Shown here one piece after another: positions 1 to 8,803 of a DNA stretch of 64,000 nucleotides. The stretch comes from Candidatus Thiodiazotropha sp. (GTDB taxonomy: Bacteria > Pseudomonadota > Gammaproteobacteria > Chromatiales > Chromatiaceae). The stretch spans positions 226 through 64,225 of the forward strand of contig JBFNJI010000046.1 in the NCBI GenBank assembly GCA_040793985.1, in the 5' to 3' direction. Both the position numbers and the translations under genes were made by a program. Position 1 is the stretch's first letter. The number at the start of each line of letters is the position of its first letter. The notes under the pieces are model-generated. The model was not told the DNA's origin, made no database searches, and saw only the letters and a list, made by a program, of their open reading frames with translations.

Positions 1-2
1 AT

Positions 3-1226
3 GGATTGATCGAAGCGGAATTCATCAAACGGATTCATCATGAACTGGCCAGGCCGGAGACATGCTGTGTCGGCTATAACACGATTCGCTTTGACGATGA
101 GGTGACACGCAACACCCTCTATAGAAATTTCTACGATCCCTATGCCAGAGAGTGGCAGAACGGGTCATCCCGCTGGGACATCATCGACATGGTCCGCCTC
201 GCCCATGCCCTGAGACCGCAGGGTATCGAATGGCCGCAAAACGAGGAGGGGGTCACCAGTTTTCGTCTCGAGGTGCTCAGCGCGGCCAACAATATCTCCC
301 ATGAGTCTGCCCATGACGCCCTGTCGGATGTTCATGCCACGATCGGTTTGGCGCGATTGATACGGCAGCGCCAGCCCAGGCTCTATGATTACCTGCTAAA
401 CAGCCGCAGCAAAAACACCATCGCAGATCGTCTCAATCTGCAACGACGGGAGGCGGTGCTGCATGTCTCTTCAATGTATCCCGCGGCGCTGGGCTGCATC
501 GCTATGGTTGTACCCTTGGCAAAGCACCCGACCAATCCCAATGGGGTGATTGTCTATGATCTTCGCTACGATCCCGCCCCGCTGATTGAACTTTCGGAGG
601 AGCAGGTGCACGAACGCCTGTTTACTCCAGTCACTGCATTGCCGGAGGGTGTCGAACGCATACCACTGAAGACGGTTCACATCAACAAATGCCCGGTAGT
701 GGTGCCGCTCTCAACGATGACGAATGCGGCAGCGATGCGCTGGGAGATCGACATCGAGAAGGGAGAGCGCTATCGACGTCAACTCCTTGCCGAGCCGGAT
801 TTGCCCGGCAAGATCAGGAAGGTACAGCAGTTAGCGCAGTTCGAACCAATCACCGATCCCGACCAGGCGCTCTACAGCGGTGGCTTCTTCTCCCGCGACG
901 ATCGTCGCCGCATGGAACAGATACTCGCGACGGAGCCCGCCTCCCTGGCTCAATTCCCATTGGTCTTCGACGATAGCCGCCTGCCCGAGATGTTGTTCAG
1001 GTACCGTGCGAGAAACTGGCCGCAACTGCTCACGGCGGATGAACAGCAGCGTTGGCGGGAGTTTCGCAGATCGCGGCTGCTCGAAAGCGATGGCGGCGGC
1101 AGTATCAACCTGGACGAATATCTGGCGAAGCTGGACAGCCTTGAGGCGGATCCGCAACTGAAGCCCGAATGGCGAGAGCTGATACCTCAGTTGCTGGCGT
1201 GGGCCGAAAAGATAGCACCCGACTAG
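3..1226 (+). CDS. sbcB: Exodeoxyribonuclease I (5' truncated by window edge)
   Basis: Motifs GYNTIRFDDEVTR, YRNFYDPY, HDALSDVHATI and LFRYRARNWP are typical of ExoI; the frame is open to the window start. Confidence 0.95.
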   Translation, partial: GLIEAEFIKRIHHELARPETCCVGYNTIRFDDEVTRNTLYRNFYDPYAREWQNGSSRWDIIDMVRLAHALRPQGIEWPQNEEGVTSFRLEVLSAANNISHESAHDALSDVHATIGLARLIRQRQPRLYDYLLNSRSKNTIADRLNLQRREAVLHVSSMYPAALGCIAMVVPLAKHPTNPNGVIVYDLRYDPAPLIELSEEQVHERLFTPVTALPEGVERIPLKTVHINKCPVVVPLSTMTNAAAMRWEIDIEKGERYRRQLLAEPDLPGKIRKVQQLAQFEPITDPDQALYSGGFFSRDDRRRMEQILATEPASLAQFPLVFDDSRLPEMLFRYRARNWPQLLTADEQQRWREFRRSRLLESDGGGSINLDEYLAKLDSLEADPQLKPEWRELIPQLLAWAEKIAPD

Positions 1227-1238
1227 GGCCTGCTAAGC

Positions 1239-1523
1239 TTACTCCGCGGTCCACTTCTGCAGGGCATCGATGATCCCTTTTGCCTGATCCTTGCTGGAGA
1301 TGTTGAACTTGCTTTTCTGCATATATTCACCACTCCGTTTCTGATAGCGTCGAATGGTGAATTTATCTGCACCATAGGTCTGTTTAGCCCTGTCCCAGTC
1401 CTGATAGCGGAAAATGATCGTTGTCCAGGCCCCTTTCGATAGTACGACCTTGTCCAGTTCCTTGACGACGTCTATGCCGTCCTCTGTGTAGGTTACACTG
1501 AGTTCTTCAGGTGTCGATGCCAT
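1239..1523 (-). CDS. Small conserved-looking hypothetical protein (94 aa), possible PC4/YdbC-like fold
   Basis: Clean ORF with protein-like composition; beta-strand pattern followed by one C-terminal helix; no family recognised with certainty. Confidence 0.75.
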   Translation of the reverse strand: MASTPEELSVTYTEDGIDVVKELDKVVLSKGAWTTIIFRYQDWDRAKQTYGADKFTIRRYQKRSGEYMQKSKFNISSKDQAKGIIDALQKWTAE

Positions 1524-1566
1524 GTTGATTGCTAGTCCTTAATAAAAATATGTTTATGATTTGATT

Positions 1567-2214
1567 TCAACGGGTTTCACTGGCGCCGAACTGGCGCAAG
1601 ATTCTCACAATATCCGGATTTTTGCGCTCAATCGCCATCGCCAACGGACTCTGTCCGGCACTATTGTGAATGTCGAGGCTGGCACCGCGGTTGACAAGGT
1701 ACTTCACCACCACTCGCTGATCATTGAGGATCGCGGAGTGGAGGGGCGTATTGCCTTCGGCATCTGTATTATCAAGGGCAGCGCCCTGGCGCAGGAGAAA
1801 ACCGATTACATCCCTGTCGGCACTGCCGAGCTTTGCGGTTTCGTGCAGGGCTGTATTCGGATCGAGTTTGGCGCCACTCTCGAACAGGTAGTCGGCAACG
1901 ATGGTATTACGTGCGATCAGGGCCTTGAGCAGGGGTGTATGCCCCTGAGGATCGGAGACCTCCAGGTCGGCGCCGTTCTTAACCAGAATCTTGGTCATTA
2001 CCAGACTCCCCTTGGAAGCTGCCACATGCAACGGGCTTTGGCCGTTCATACCGGGCTTGTTGATATCGGCGTTCCAATGGATGTTGCGTTCCAGCTGATC
2101 GATATCGCCGATCTGCACTGCACGGGAGAGAGTAATGGTCGGTTCGCTGGGCTGAGTGCAGCCAATGAACGTGAAGAGGCAGAAAAGACAGCAGAGATTG
2201 AGTCTGTTAAACAT
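1567..2214 (-). CDS. Ankyrin-repeat lipoprotein
   Basis: Repeated ankyrin motifs (GQSPLHVAA, GHTPLLKAL, GNTPLHSAI, GQSPLAMAI); N-terminal hydrophobic stretch with lipobox-like FIG-C; start moved to the ATG at 2214. Confidence 0.88.
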   Translation of the reverse strand: MFNRLNLCCLFCLFTFIGCTQPSEPTITLSRAVQIGDIDQLERNIHWNADINKPGMNGQSPLHVAASKGSLVMTKILVKNGADLEVSDPQGHTPLLKALIARNTIVADYLFESGAKLDPNTALHETAKLGSADRDVIGFLLRQGAALDNTDAEGNTPLHSAILNDQRVVVKYLVNRGASLDIHNSAGQSPLAMAIERKNPDIVRILRQFGASETR

Positions 2215-2306
2215 AGGAGAGGATAGTAAATCGATCACTACCGAAGCTGCAAGCGCAGTTATCGGAGATTGGCCTCACCGCATCCGCATGATAGGGTTTA
2301 GGCCCC

Positions 2307-2699
2307 ATGATAACTAAATTGATACTTACCCTGACGGTCATCGCCATCGCCTGGTTGGTGGTCAGAAACAGGCAGCAGCGCATGCAGGCGATCTCCCATC
2401 AGGGCCGGACAGAAGCAGCCCCAAGGCCGGCGCAGAATTCCCTGTTGAAATGGGGGGCATATCTGTTGCTGGCCATGCTGCTGCTGGGCAGCGGATTCTT
2501 CCTCTTCATGCAGTGGCAGGATCTCACCCGGGTGGTCACAGTTACCGTGATCGATACCCAGACAGGTAGGAGCGTGAGTTACCAGGCACGCCGCGGTGAC
2601 ATCGAGGAGCGTCAATTCATCACCCTCGACGGCAGGGAGGTGAATGTGGCCAACAGTGAGCGGATTGAGCTGGAGTCGGCTTCCCCGAAAAGGCCCTGA
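2307..2699 (+). CDS. Hypothetical membrane protein (two hydrophobic segments plus small beta domain)
   Basis: 130-aa ORF with an N-terminal and a central hydrophobic helix. Confidence 0.75.
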   Translation: MITKLILTLTVIAIAWLVVRNRQQRMQAISHQGRTEAAPRPAQNSLLKWGAYLLLAMLLLGSGFFLFMQWQDLTRVVTVTVIDTQTGRSVSYQARRGDIEERQFITLDGREVNVANSERIELESASPKRP

Positions 2700-2710
2700 A
2701 CTGCACGCTA

Positions 2711-2738
2711 CTCCAGGTTTTTCCGGATCTGCCGATAT
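2711..2738 (+). promoter_or_regulatory. Possible sigma-28 promoter upstream of the K+ channel
   Basis: CTCCAG-N14-GCCGATAT versus consensus CTAAAG-N14-GCCGATAA; the -35 match is weak. Confidence 0.3.
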
Positions 2739-2862
2739 AACTGCAAAGCCTTGACCCCTCCCCCTGGGGAGTGGTGATTTCAGGTCAATCTGTATAATGG
2801 AAATCGGTGGGCAACCTCTTCATATGTCATTCTCCCGTCGTGTCATCAAGCAGTGTTATGCC

Positions 2863-4416
2863 ATGCAGGGTTCGTCCCGCTACACAGGCGTAAAGCAGGC
2901 GGTCTACAATCTGCTAGAGAATCCGCAGGCACCGATCCGTCCCTACTTCGATATCTTCATGATCCTGCTTGTGCTGACCACGGTCTGGCTGCTCATCTAT
3001 GAAGTGAAAAATGACCTGGGAGCCGTTGGCGATCTCGTCGAGATGGTTGCCGTGGGGATATTTATCGTCGAGTATCTGTTGCGTTTCTGGATATTCAACG
3101 ATAGCCACAAGGTGATCCTGGAGCGTTACGAGCGGGCCGAATTCATCAATGAACCCTTCCATCTCTGGCCAGCGGTGTGGCAGGCGTTGCTGGGTAAGCT
3201 GAAGTATGTCATCCGGCCGTTGGCGATTATCGACCTGTTGGCGATCATTCCCAGCTATCGACCGTTACGTTTTCTGCGCATCTTTCTCCTTTTTCGTCTC
3301 TTCAAGCTGTTTCGTTACACCCGCAGCATCAGTGAGTTCGTCAAGGTACTGTCGGAGAAGCGGATCGAACTGGTGACCCTGTTCATCTTCATGGCCTTCA
3401 TCACCTTCACCGCAGCCACCGCCATTTTCTTTTTTGAGGCCGATCAGCGAGATGCCCAGATATCGGGTTTTTTCGACAGTGTTTACTGGGCGCTGGTGAC
3501 CATGTCCACGGTCGGCTATGGCGACATCACACCCCAGACCACCGAGGGCAGGGTCATCACTCTGGTGCTGATTATCGCGGGTCTGGGCGTGATCTCCTTC
3601 TTCACTTCCATCATCGTCTCCGCCTTTGGCGAAAAGATCGATGAGATCCGCACCCATCGCATCTATTCAGAGATTGAGCGCAAGCGCATCGATACCCTGA
3701 TCTGCGGCTATGGACGTGTCGGCCAGGTTGTTGCCGAACGCATGGCGGCGGACAAGCGCAGTTTCGTTGTGGTCGATCCGGTGGAGGAGAACGTGCGTAA
3801 CGCCAAAAAGCTGGGCCACCTGGCGGTGGTCGGCGATGGCGAGGATACCGAATTGTTGATGAGCATTGGTATCGAAAAACGTATCCAGAACCTGCTCTGT
3901 CTCACCGGCGACGATGTGGTTAACGTCTATATCACCTTGACCGCAAGACAGGTCAATCCGGATATTGAGATCATCTCCCGCGCCAACCATCGGGAGAATA
4001 TCTCCAAGCTCTATCGCGCCGGTGCCAGCTATTGTGTCACCCCTTACGAGGTATTTGGCCTGATTGCAGCCGAGTACGCGGGGCAACCTGTTGCCTTCGA
4101 GGCTGTGTATGGCCTATTGACCGGCCAGTCCCACGAGGGAATTGAGGCGGTACGCATCAAGGCGGAGTGTGTGCTGGTTGGGCGCAGCCTGGAGAGTATC
4201 GATTTCAAAAGACGCAAGCTGACCGCATTTGGGGTGATCCGCGAAAGAGATAGCGGTGCCTCGCAAGAGCATGCCAACTACGACCTGAAGGGGCGCCGTT
4301 TCTTTTTCAATCCAGGTAAAAGGTTCATGCTCGAGAAGGACGATCTGCTGGTATTGCTGGGACATGAATACAGCGTGGTTCATTTTCGCGACTGCCTGGA
4401 GAGGGGGACACTCTGA
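2863..4416 (+). CDS. Potassium channel (6TM ion-transport domain plus RCK/TrkA-N and TrkA-C)
   Basis: Selectivity filter TMSTVGYGD, S4-like RPLRFLRIFLLFRLFKLFRY, RCK motif ICGYGRVG; likely start is the ATG at 2863. Confidence 0.93.
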   Translation: MQGSSRYTGVKQAVYNLLENPQAPIRPYFDIFMILLVLTTVWLLIYEVKNDLGAVGDLVEMVAVGIFIVEYLLRFWIFNDSHKVILERYERAEFINEPFHLWPAVWQALLGKLKYVIRPLAIIDLLAIIPSYRPLRFLRIFLLFRLFKLFRYTRSISEFVKVLSEKRIELVTLFIFMAFITFTAATAIFFFEADQRDAQISGFFDSVYWALVTMSTVGYGDITPQTTEGRVITLVLIIAGLGVISFFTSIIVSAFGEKIDEIRTHRIYSEIERKRIDTLICGYGRVGQVVAERMAADKRSFVVVDPVEENVRNAKKLGHLAVVGDGEDTELLMSIGIEKRIQNLLCLTGDDVVNVYITLTARQVNPDIEIISRANHRENISKLYRAGASYCVTPYEVFGLIAAEYAGQPVAFEAVYGLLTGQSHEGIEAVRIKAECVLVGRSLESIDFKRRKLTAFGVIRERDSGASQEHANYDLKGRRFFFNPGKRFMLEKDDLLVLLGHEYSVVHFRDCLERGTL

Positions 4417-5144
4417 TGAGCCGCCTCGATACCCTGATCTTCGGTTGCGGTGCGTTGGGCCAGGAGGTGGCCATGCAGCTTGCGGAGCGTAACATTGAGG
4501 CCTACCTCTACAGCAACGACCTGGATGAAGTTGGCGCACTGTTGGCGAAGGGGATGCAGGCGGCGGTAGTCGATTTCAAAAACGATGACAAGCTGCGTGA
4601 AATCGGCATCGGCAGATGGGTAAAAACGATTTTCTGCCTCTTTTCCGACGAGCCCAGCAATCTCTTTCTGACCCTCTCCGCACGCGCCCTCGATGGCGAT
4701 CTCAAAATTATCTGCGTTTGTGAGTCAACAGCTTCGGGGCAGCGCTTGATGGCGGCGGGAGCGACCAAGGTGATCGATCCCTACGAGATCAGCGGACACA
4801 GGGTGCATGAACGGATTACCAGGCCCTATCTGGTGGAAATGCTGGAGAGTTCGCTGTTCGGTAAACATATCGATATCGCCGAGATAGAGATACCCGATCC
4901 CAGCAGGCTCAATGGCGCCATGCTGGACGACCTGCAACTGGGGAATCTGTTCAACCTGATCATTATCGGGGTGGTCGATCTGGAGCTTGGTCGTGAGCTG
5001 ATTTTCGCAAACAGCGGTATCTCACATCGCCTCGATGCGGGGGATATCTTGGTTGTGATCGGGCCAGACGGGGAGATTTCCCGCCTCAAGCAGGCGATTG
5101 CCGACGATTCGCTGGAACCGGTAACCGGCCCTGGTGATCCATAG
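4416..5144 (+). CDS. Stand-alone RCK (TrkA-N/TrkA-C) protein, probable K+ channel regulatory subunit
   Basis: IFGCGALG Rossmann motif and TrkA-C-like C-terminus; TGATG overlap with the channel gene. Confidence 0.88.
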   Translation: MSRLDTLIFGCGALGQEVAMQLAERNIEAYLYSNDLDEVGALLAKGMQAAVVDFKNDDKLREIGIGRWVKTIFCLFSDEPSNLFLTLSARALDGDLKIICVCESTASGQRLMAAGATKVIDPYEISGHRVHERITRPYLVEMLESSLFGKHIDIAEIEIPDPSRLNGAMLDDLQLGNLFNLIIIGVVDLELGRELIFANSGISHRLDAGDILVVIGPDGEISRLKQAIADDSLEPVTGPGDP

Positions 5145-5233
5145 AGTAGACCCTATCCCCATGCGGTGGTGTCGAATAGCGGATCGATGCGCTGACTTTC
5201 CGACATGACTCCAATCAGCAACCAAGCTTGAGA

Positions 5234-5504
5234 CTAGGGCCTGTTAACACGAATCCAATGCGCCCTGTCGCGTCTGAAAAAGCGCCAATCAAGGCGCGAG
5301 GAGCATAGTTTGGTTGTTCCAAATAAGCGACGAGCAACGCCGAATGGCGCTTTTTCAGGTGCAACCCGGAGGGCTGGGGCTGTTTTTTCACCCAGCGGCG
5401 TTATCGTTCGCTCATGTAGAATAACTACACTACGCTCATTCTGCCTTGCTGGGCACAAAAACAGTCCAAGCAGGGCGCATAGGATTCGTGTTAACAGGTC
5501 CTAG
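5234..5504. mobile_element. Non-autonomous MITE-like element (271 bp including CTAG at each end)
   Basis: Terminal inverted repeats CTAGGGCCTGTTAACACGAATCCAATGCGCCCTG and reverse complement CTAGGACCTGTTAACACGAATCCTATGCGCCCTG (2 mismatches in 34 bp); no transposase; internal palindromes. Confidence 0.85.
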
Positions 5505-5854
5505 GCAGGTGCGTTCTGCAAAACAGTCGCGAGTTGACTACCTGCATTGGCGGCCTGGGCCTTGGCTGCAGTGTTGGGTGATGCGGCAATCTGCTGGAGC
5601 ATGCTGGCTAAGGTCGAACGCGCCTCTTCAGCTGTGTTCAATGGTGTCTCTGGCGGTGCTATGCTGTTGTTTTCCATATCGAAGAGACGACGTGCCTGAT
5701 CCACCTCGACGGTTGGAGCGTCAGCTTTTGCGGCCTCGGATTGTTGTGTTGATGCCGACGTTGCCGCTTCGGCTGTCTTGTGATCGGTGTGTGACCGCCC
5801 CGACTGCTCAGTTGTCGTATTGATGGGCTTATCGCTGTTGACAGGGCTGATCAT
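5501..5854 (-). CDS. Hypothetical protein; low-complexity N-half, C-terminus resembling the flagellin C-terminal helix
   Basis: AGGAG RBS before the ATG at 5854; C-terminal QQIAASPNTAAKAQAANAGSQLATVLQ; stop codon lies in the right-hand CTAG of the MITE. Confidence 0.7.
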   Translation of the reverse strand: MISPVNSDKPINTTTEQSGRSHTDHKTAEAATSASTQQSEAAKADAPTVEVDQARRLFDMENNSIAPPETPLNTAEEARSTLASMLQQIAASPNTAAKAQAANAGSQLATVLQNAPA

Positions 5855-5924
5855 GTAACTGACTCCTGATTTAAAGACGAAAAATTGGCGCATTCAGCTG
5901 AGATTCACGTTATACATGAGATAA

Positions 5925-5940
5925 TGCGAGAAACATGCCA
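5925..5940 (-). promoter_or_regulatory. Sigma-54 (-24/-12) promoter for the 5854 gene
   Basis: Minus-strand TGGCATGTTTCTCGCA has GG and GC at the exact consensus spacing (TGGCAC-N5-TTGCW). Confidence 0.55.
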
Positions 5941-5992
5941 AAAGGCTGACACAGTGTAATTCCATACTTAATTGGCCCGGGGAGGGCAACGG

Positions 5993-6907
5993 ATGAGGGT
6001 ACGAATTCATGGCCTATTGCTGATCCTGGCACTGACACTCTCGGGTCATGCCATGGCGGCAAAAGCGCCTGTGCTGGGTGAGCATCTGGAATACAAGCTG
6101 AAATTCCGCGGTCTGGTGACCGGTTTCGTGGAGATGGATATCGCCAAGATGGTCCTGGGCGTGGAGCAGGAGATGGGGCGGGTTGAAGACAATCCGGCTT
6201 TCGTTACCCATCTTCGGCTCACCACCGAACCCTACCGCAAGGCGGAGATGATATACCCGGTGAGACTGCACTACCGCAGCTGGCTCGATGCCAAGAAACT
6301 GCATCCGCTGGTGGCGGTTAAGTCGCTGAAAACAAGGAAGCAGAAGGAGGAGCTGTTGTGGTTCGACCATACTCAGGGGGAGGCCTTCCACTACCAGTCA
6401 GGGGAGTTGCAGGAAGGCGAAAGCGACAGCCCTCCGAAAAGCCTCCAGGGGATTACCGCGCTATCCGATCAGCAGTGGGGAAAGCTGCTGCAGGCCCACC
6501 AGGTCAGCTTTGGCGAAACCGAGGCATTGGACTACATCAGCTTTCTGCATCGCCTGCGCACCATGCCGCTGAAACCTGGAAAACAGATCAATTTCTCCAC
6601 CTTTAACGGTAAGGAACTCAACGCCTACCAGGTGAAAGTGGATCAGGAACGGCTGGTGCGTGCGGGTTGGAACCGCCCCGCATTCAAGATCAGGATGTGG
6701 GAGGTCGATAGGGAGAACGGTAAAAGAGGGAAAATGGTCGATCTTTGGTTGAGTGATGACGACGAGCGGCTGTTGTTGCGCTTCTACGCAGAGCGCACCT
6801 TTGGCGCCATGGAAGGGATCCTGGAGACAGGGCGTCCGACAGAGGGCAAGGATGAGGGCTTTTCAGAAGCGACCCAATCGTCCCTTGAGACCTATCTCGG
6901 GTTTTGA
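5993..6907 (+). CDS. DUF3108-like exported protein
   Basis: Signal peptide (LLLILALTLSGHAMA); LDYISFLHRLR and LWLSDDDERLLLR segments resemble DUF3108; GGAGG RBS before the ATG at 5993. Confidence 0.65.
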   Translation: MRVRIHGLLLILALTLSGHAMAAKAPVLGEHLEYKLKFRGLVTGFVEMDIAKMVLGVEQEMGRVEDNPAFVTHLRLTTEPYRKAEMIYPVRLHYRSWLDAKKLHPLVAVKSLKTRKQKEELLWFDHTQGEAFHYQSGELQEGESDSPPKSLQGITALSDQQWGKLLQAHQVSFGETEALDYISFLHRLRTMPLKPGKQINFSTFNGKELNAYQVKVDQERLVRAGWNRPAFKIRMWEVDRENGKRGKMVDLWLSDDDERLLLRFYAERTFGAMEGILETGRPTEGKDEGFSEATQSSLETYLGF

Positions 6908-6992
6908 GGTGGGACCGAACTACGGAAGCGTCGGGTGCGTCGCGTGGCGTCGCCGCTTCCAGCGAGTACGTGATCGATAATCGTTATACAGA

Positions 6993-7784
6993 CTACTCGT
7001 CCGCAATCTTGAATTTGGCTTTGCCTTTGTCTTGATCCGAATCCTGGGCCTGTTGATCGATTTTCAAATGATCGATATTCGGGATAGGCGCGGCATCGAC
7101 AGGTTTCTGGCAATCCTCGAGGGTTCCCTGATTGGCCGGTAACACATCCAGGGCCGAGGTATCGATGTCGGGCGGTTGTGCCGGGGTATCTTCAATCAGA
7201 GTCACACCGGGGCTGTCCAGCATCAAGGCGGAGGTGTCGATTTCGAGGAGTTCCGGTTCCGGGGTCTCATCCAACGTGCTTCCCGGCCTCTCCATCTGCA
7301 TAGCACTGATATCCGGGATCTCCGCAGCTTCTATCTTCGGTGTGCAGTCGCTGAGATCGAAGCCCTGCGCCGACGAGAGTTCATAGTCCGGTACCGCAAT
7401 CGGTGTAACCTCGTCACCGCTGGTCGCCGGTTCCATGGGGCCGTCCGCAAAACCCAATTCCTCCGCTTCCTGCCGGGGAGGGGAGGCGGGTATGCTGGGT
7501 GCCGGGCGGTCTGCGGTTTGAGGCTGTGGTCTGGGGGCAGGTGGAGGTTCGCCCGCTGGCACGATATCAACCAGTCCGCCTGCATCGCGAAAGGTGACCC
7601 GGAACTTGATCGCCCGGTCCATATCCACGCCCCTTTTGATAGGGATCGGCTTGCCACTGAAGAGGCGCTCCAGCTTGTCGCCCTCCAACTTGAAAACTGC
7701 GCCAATTTTGCGTTTTACCTCGGCCGGATCATTATCCTTGATAATGGCGCCGGAGAAGTAGACATCGTAGCTATCAGCAGTCAT
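6993..7784 (-). CDS. Hypothetical protein: small N-terminal alpha/beta domain, Pro linker, acidic ~26-aa repeats
   Basis: YDVYFSG...LERLFSGKPIPIKRG N-domain; repeats PDISAMQM, IDTSALML, IDTSALDV. Confidence 0.8.
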   Translation of the reverse strand: MTADSYDVYFSGAIIKDNDPAEVKRKIGAVFKLEGDKLERLFSGKPIPIKRGVDMDRAIKFRVTFRDAGGLVDIVPAGEPPPAPRPQPQTADRPAPSIPASPPRQEAEELGFADGPMEPATSGDEVTPIAVPDYELSSAQGFDLSDCTPKIEAAEIPDISAMQMERPGSTLDETPEPELLEIDTSALMLDSPGVTLIEDTPAQPPDIDTSALDVLPANQGTLEDCQKPVDAAPIPNIDHLKIDQQAQDSDQDKGKAKFKIADE

Positions 7785-8653
7785 GGCTGGGTATCTCCAG
7801 ATTTGTGGCCACCGTTCCAGGGCCGTCTATTAATACTGTAGACATCCTTACCCTGATGAAAAGGTATCAAAAGCATTCCCGTGAGCCGGGTCGTCATTTT
7901 AGGGTCTCTCAACGAACTTATACCTATATCCATGCCCTGCTGTCCCAGACGGGGCTGTTGGCAGTAGGTACCCATCAAGCGGTCCCAAAGCGAAAGGTTG
8001 AAGCCGAAATTACTGTTTGTCTCATTAGGCTCCACCGAGTGGTGCACGCGATGCATGTCGGGAGTCACGATGAGCAGGCGCAGTATCTTGTCTAGTGCTG
8101 TGGGGAGCCGGACATTGCCGTGATTGAACATTGCCATACCGTTCAATACCACCTCGAAAATGATCACCGCCACGATCGGAGGACCCAGTGCGGCGATGGT
8201 GGTGATCTTGATCAGCATAGAGAGAATGATCTCGATGGGATGAAAACGGGCCCCGGTGGTGAGATCGTAATCCGGGTCGGCATGATGCACCCTGTGCAGT
8301 CGCCACAGCATCGGCACGGCATGCACCATCACATGCTGCAGATAGATCACCAGGTCCATCAGCAGAACCGCAATCACGATGCTGAGCCAGAGGGGCAGGT
8401 CGACGGCGTTCAGCAGGCCCCAGCCGTTATCCGCGGCATGGCTTGCCATTCCCACCGCTGCCGCAGGGAACAGCAGACGCAGCAGCAGGCTGTTTAAAAC
8501 CACGATGCCGATATTTCCGACCCAGCGTTGAGAGCGGGTATAGCGCCGTTTGCGGCATGGTGATGCCACTTCCCACAGTGCCATAGCGGCGAAGATCGTG
8601 AAAAAGGCTGTGAGCCTGATTGAAAGTTCGTGGTCGAGTATAAAATCGGGCAT
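7781..8653 (-). CDS. Fatty acid hydroxylase / sterol desaturase family protein
   Basis: His boxes QHVMVH, LHRVHH and MHRVHH; NSNFGFNLSLWDRLMGT motif. Confidence 0.92.
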   Translation of the reverse strand: MPDFILDHELSIRLTAFFTIFAAMALWEVASPCRKRRYTRSQRWVGNIGIVVLNSLLLRLLFPAAAVGMASHAADNGWGLLNAVDLPLWLSIVIAVLLMDLVIYLQHVMVHAVPMLWRLHRVHHADPDYDLTTGARFHPIEIILSMLIKITTIAALGPPIVAVIIFEVVLNGMAMFNHGNVRLPTALDKILRLLIVTPDMHRVHHSVEPNETNSNFGFNLSLWDRLMGTYCQQPRLGQQGMDIGISSLRDPKMTTRLTGMLLIPFHQGKDVYSINRRPWNGGHKSGDTQP

Positions 8654-8803
8654 GAGTGGTCTTGTGGGCGGTTTTTACCCTATTGGGGTATGGTAGCGTC
8701 TATAATTGTAAGGATATTATAAGTAAAACAGGGTAGGGAACCCCTCATTCATCTTCAGGGTGGCGATCTTAAGACCCGCTAACTGTTAAAGAAGTATTTA
8801 CTT

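Noticed and set aside
1561-2226. 221-aa + strand ORF
   Set aside because: Antisense to the ankyrin gene, which has clear motifs
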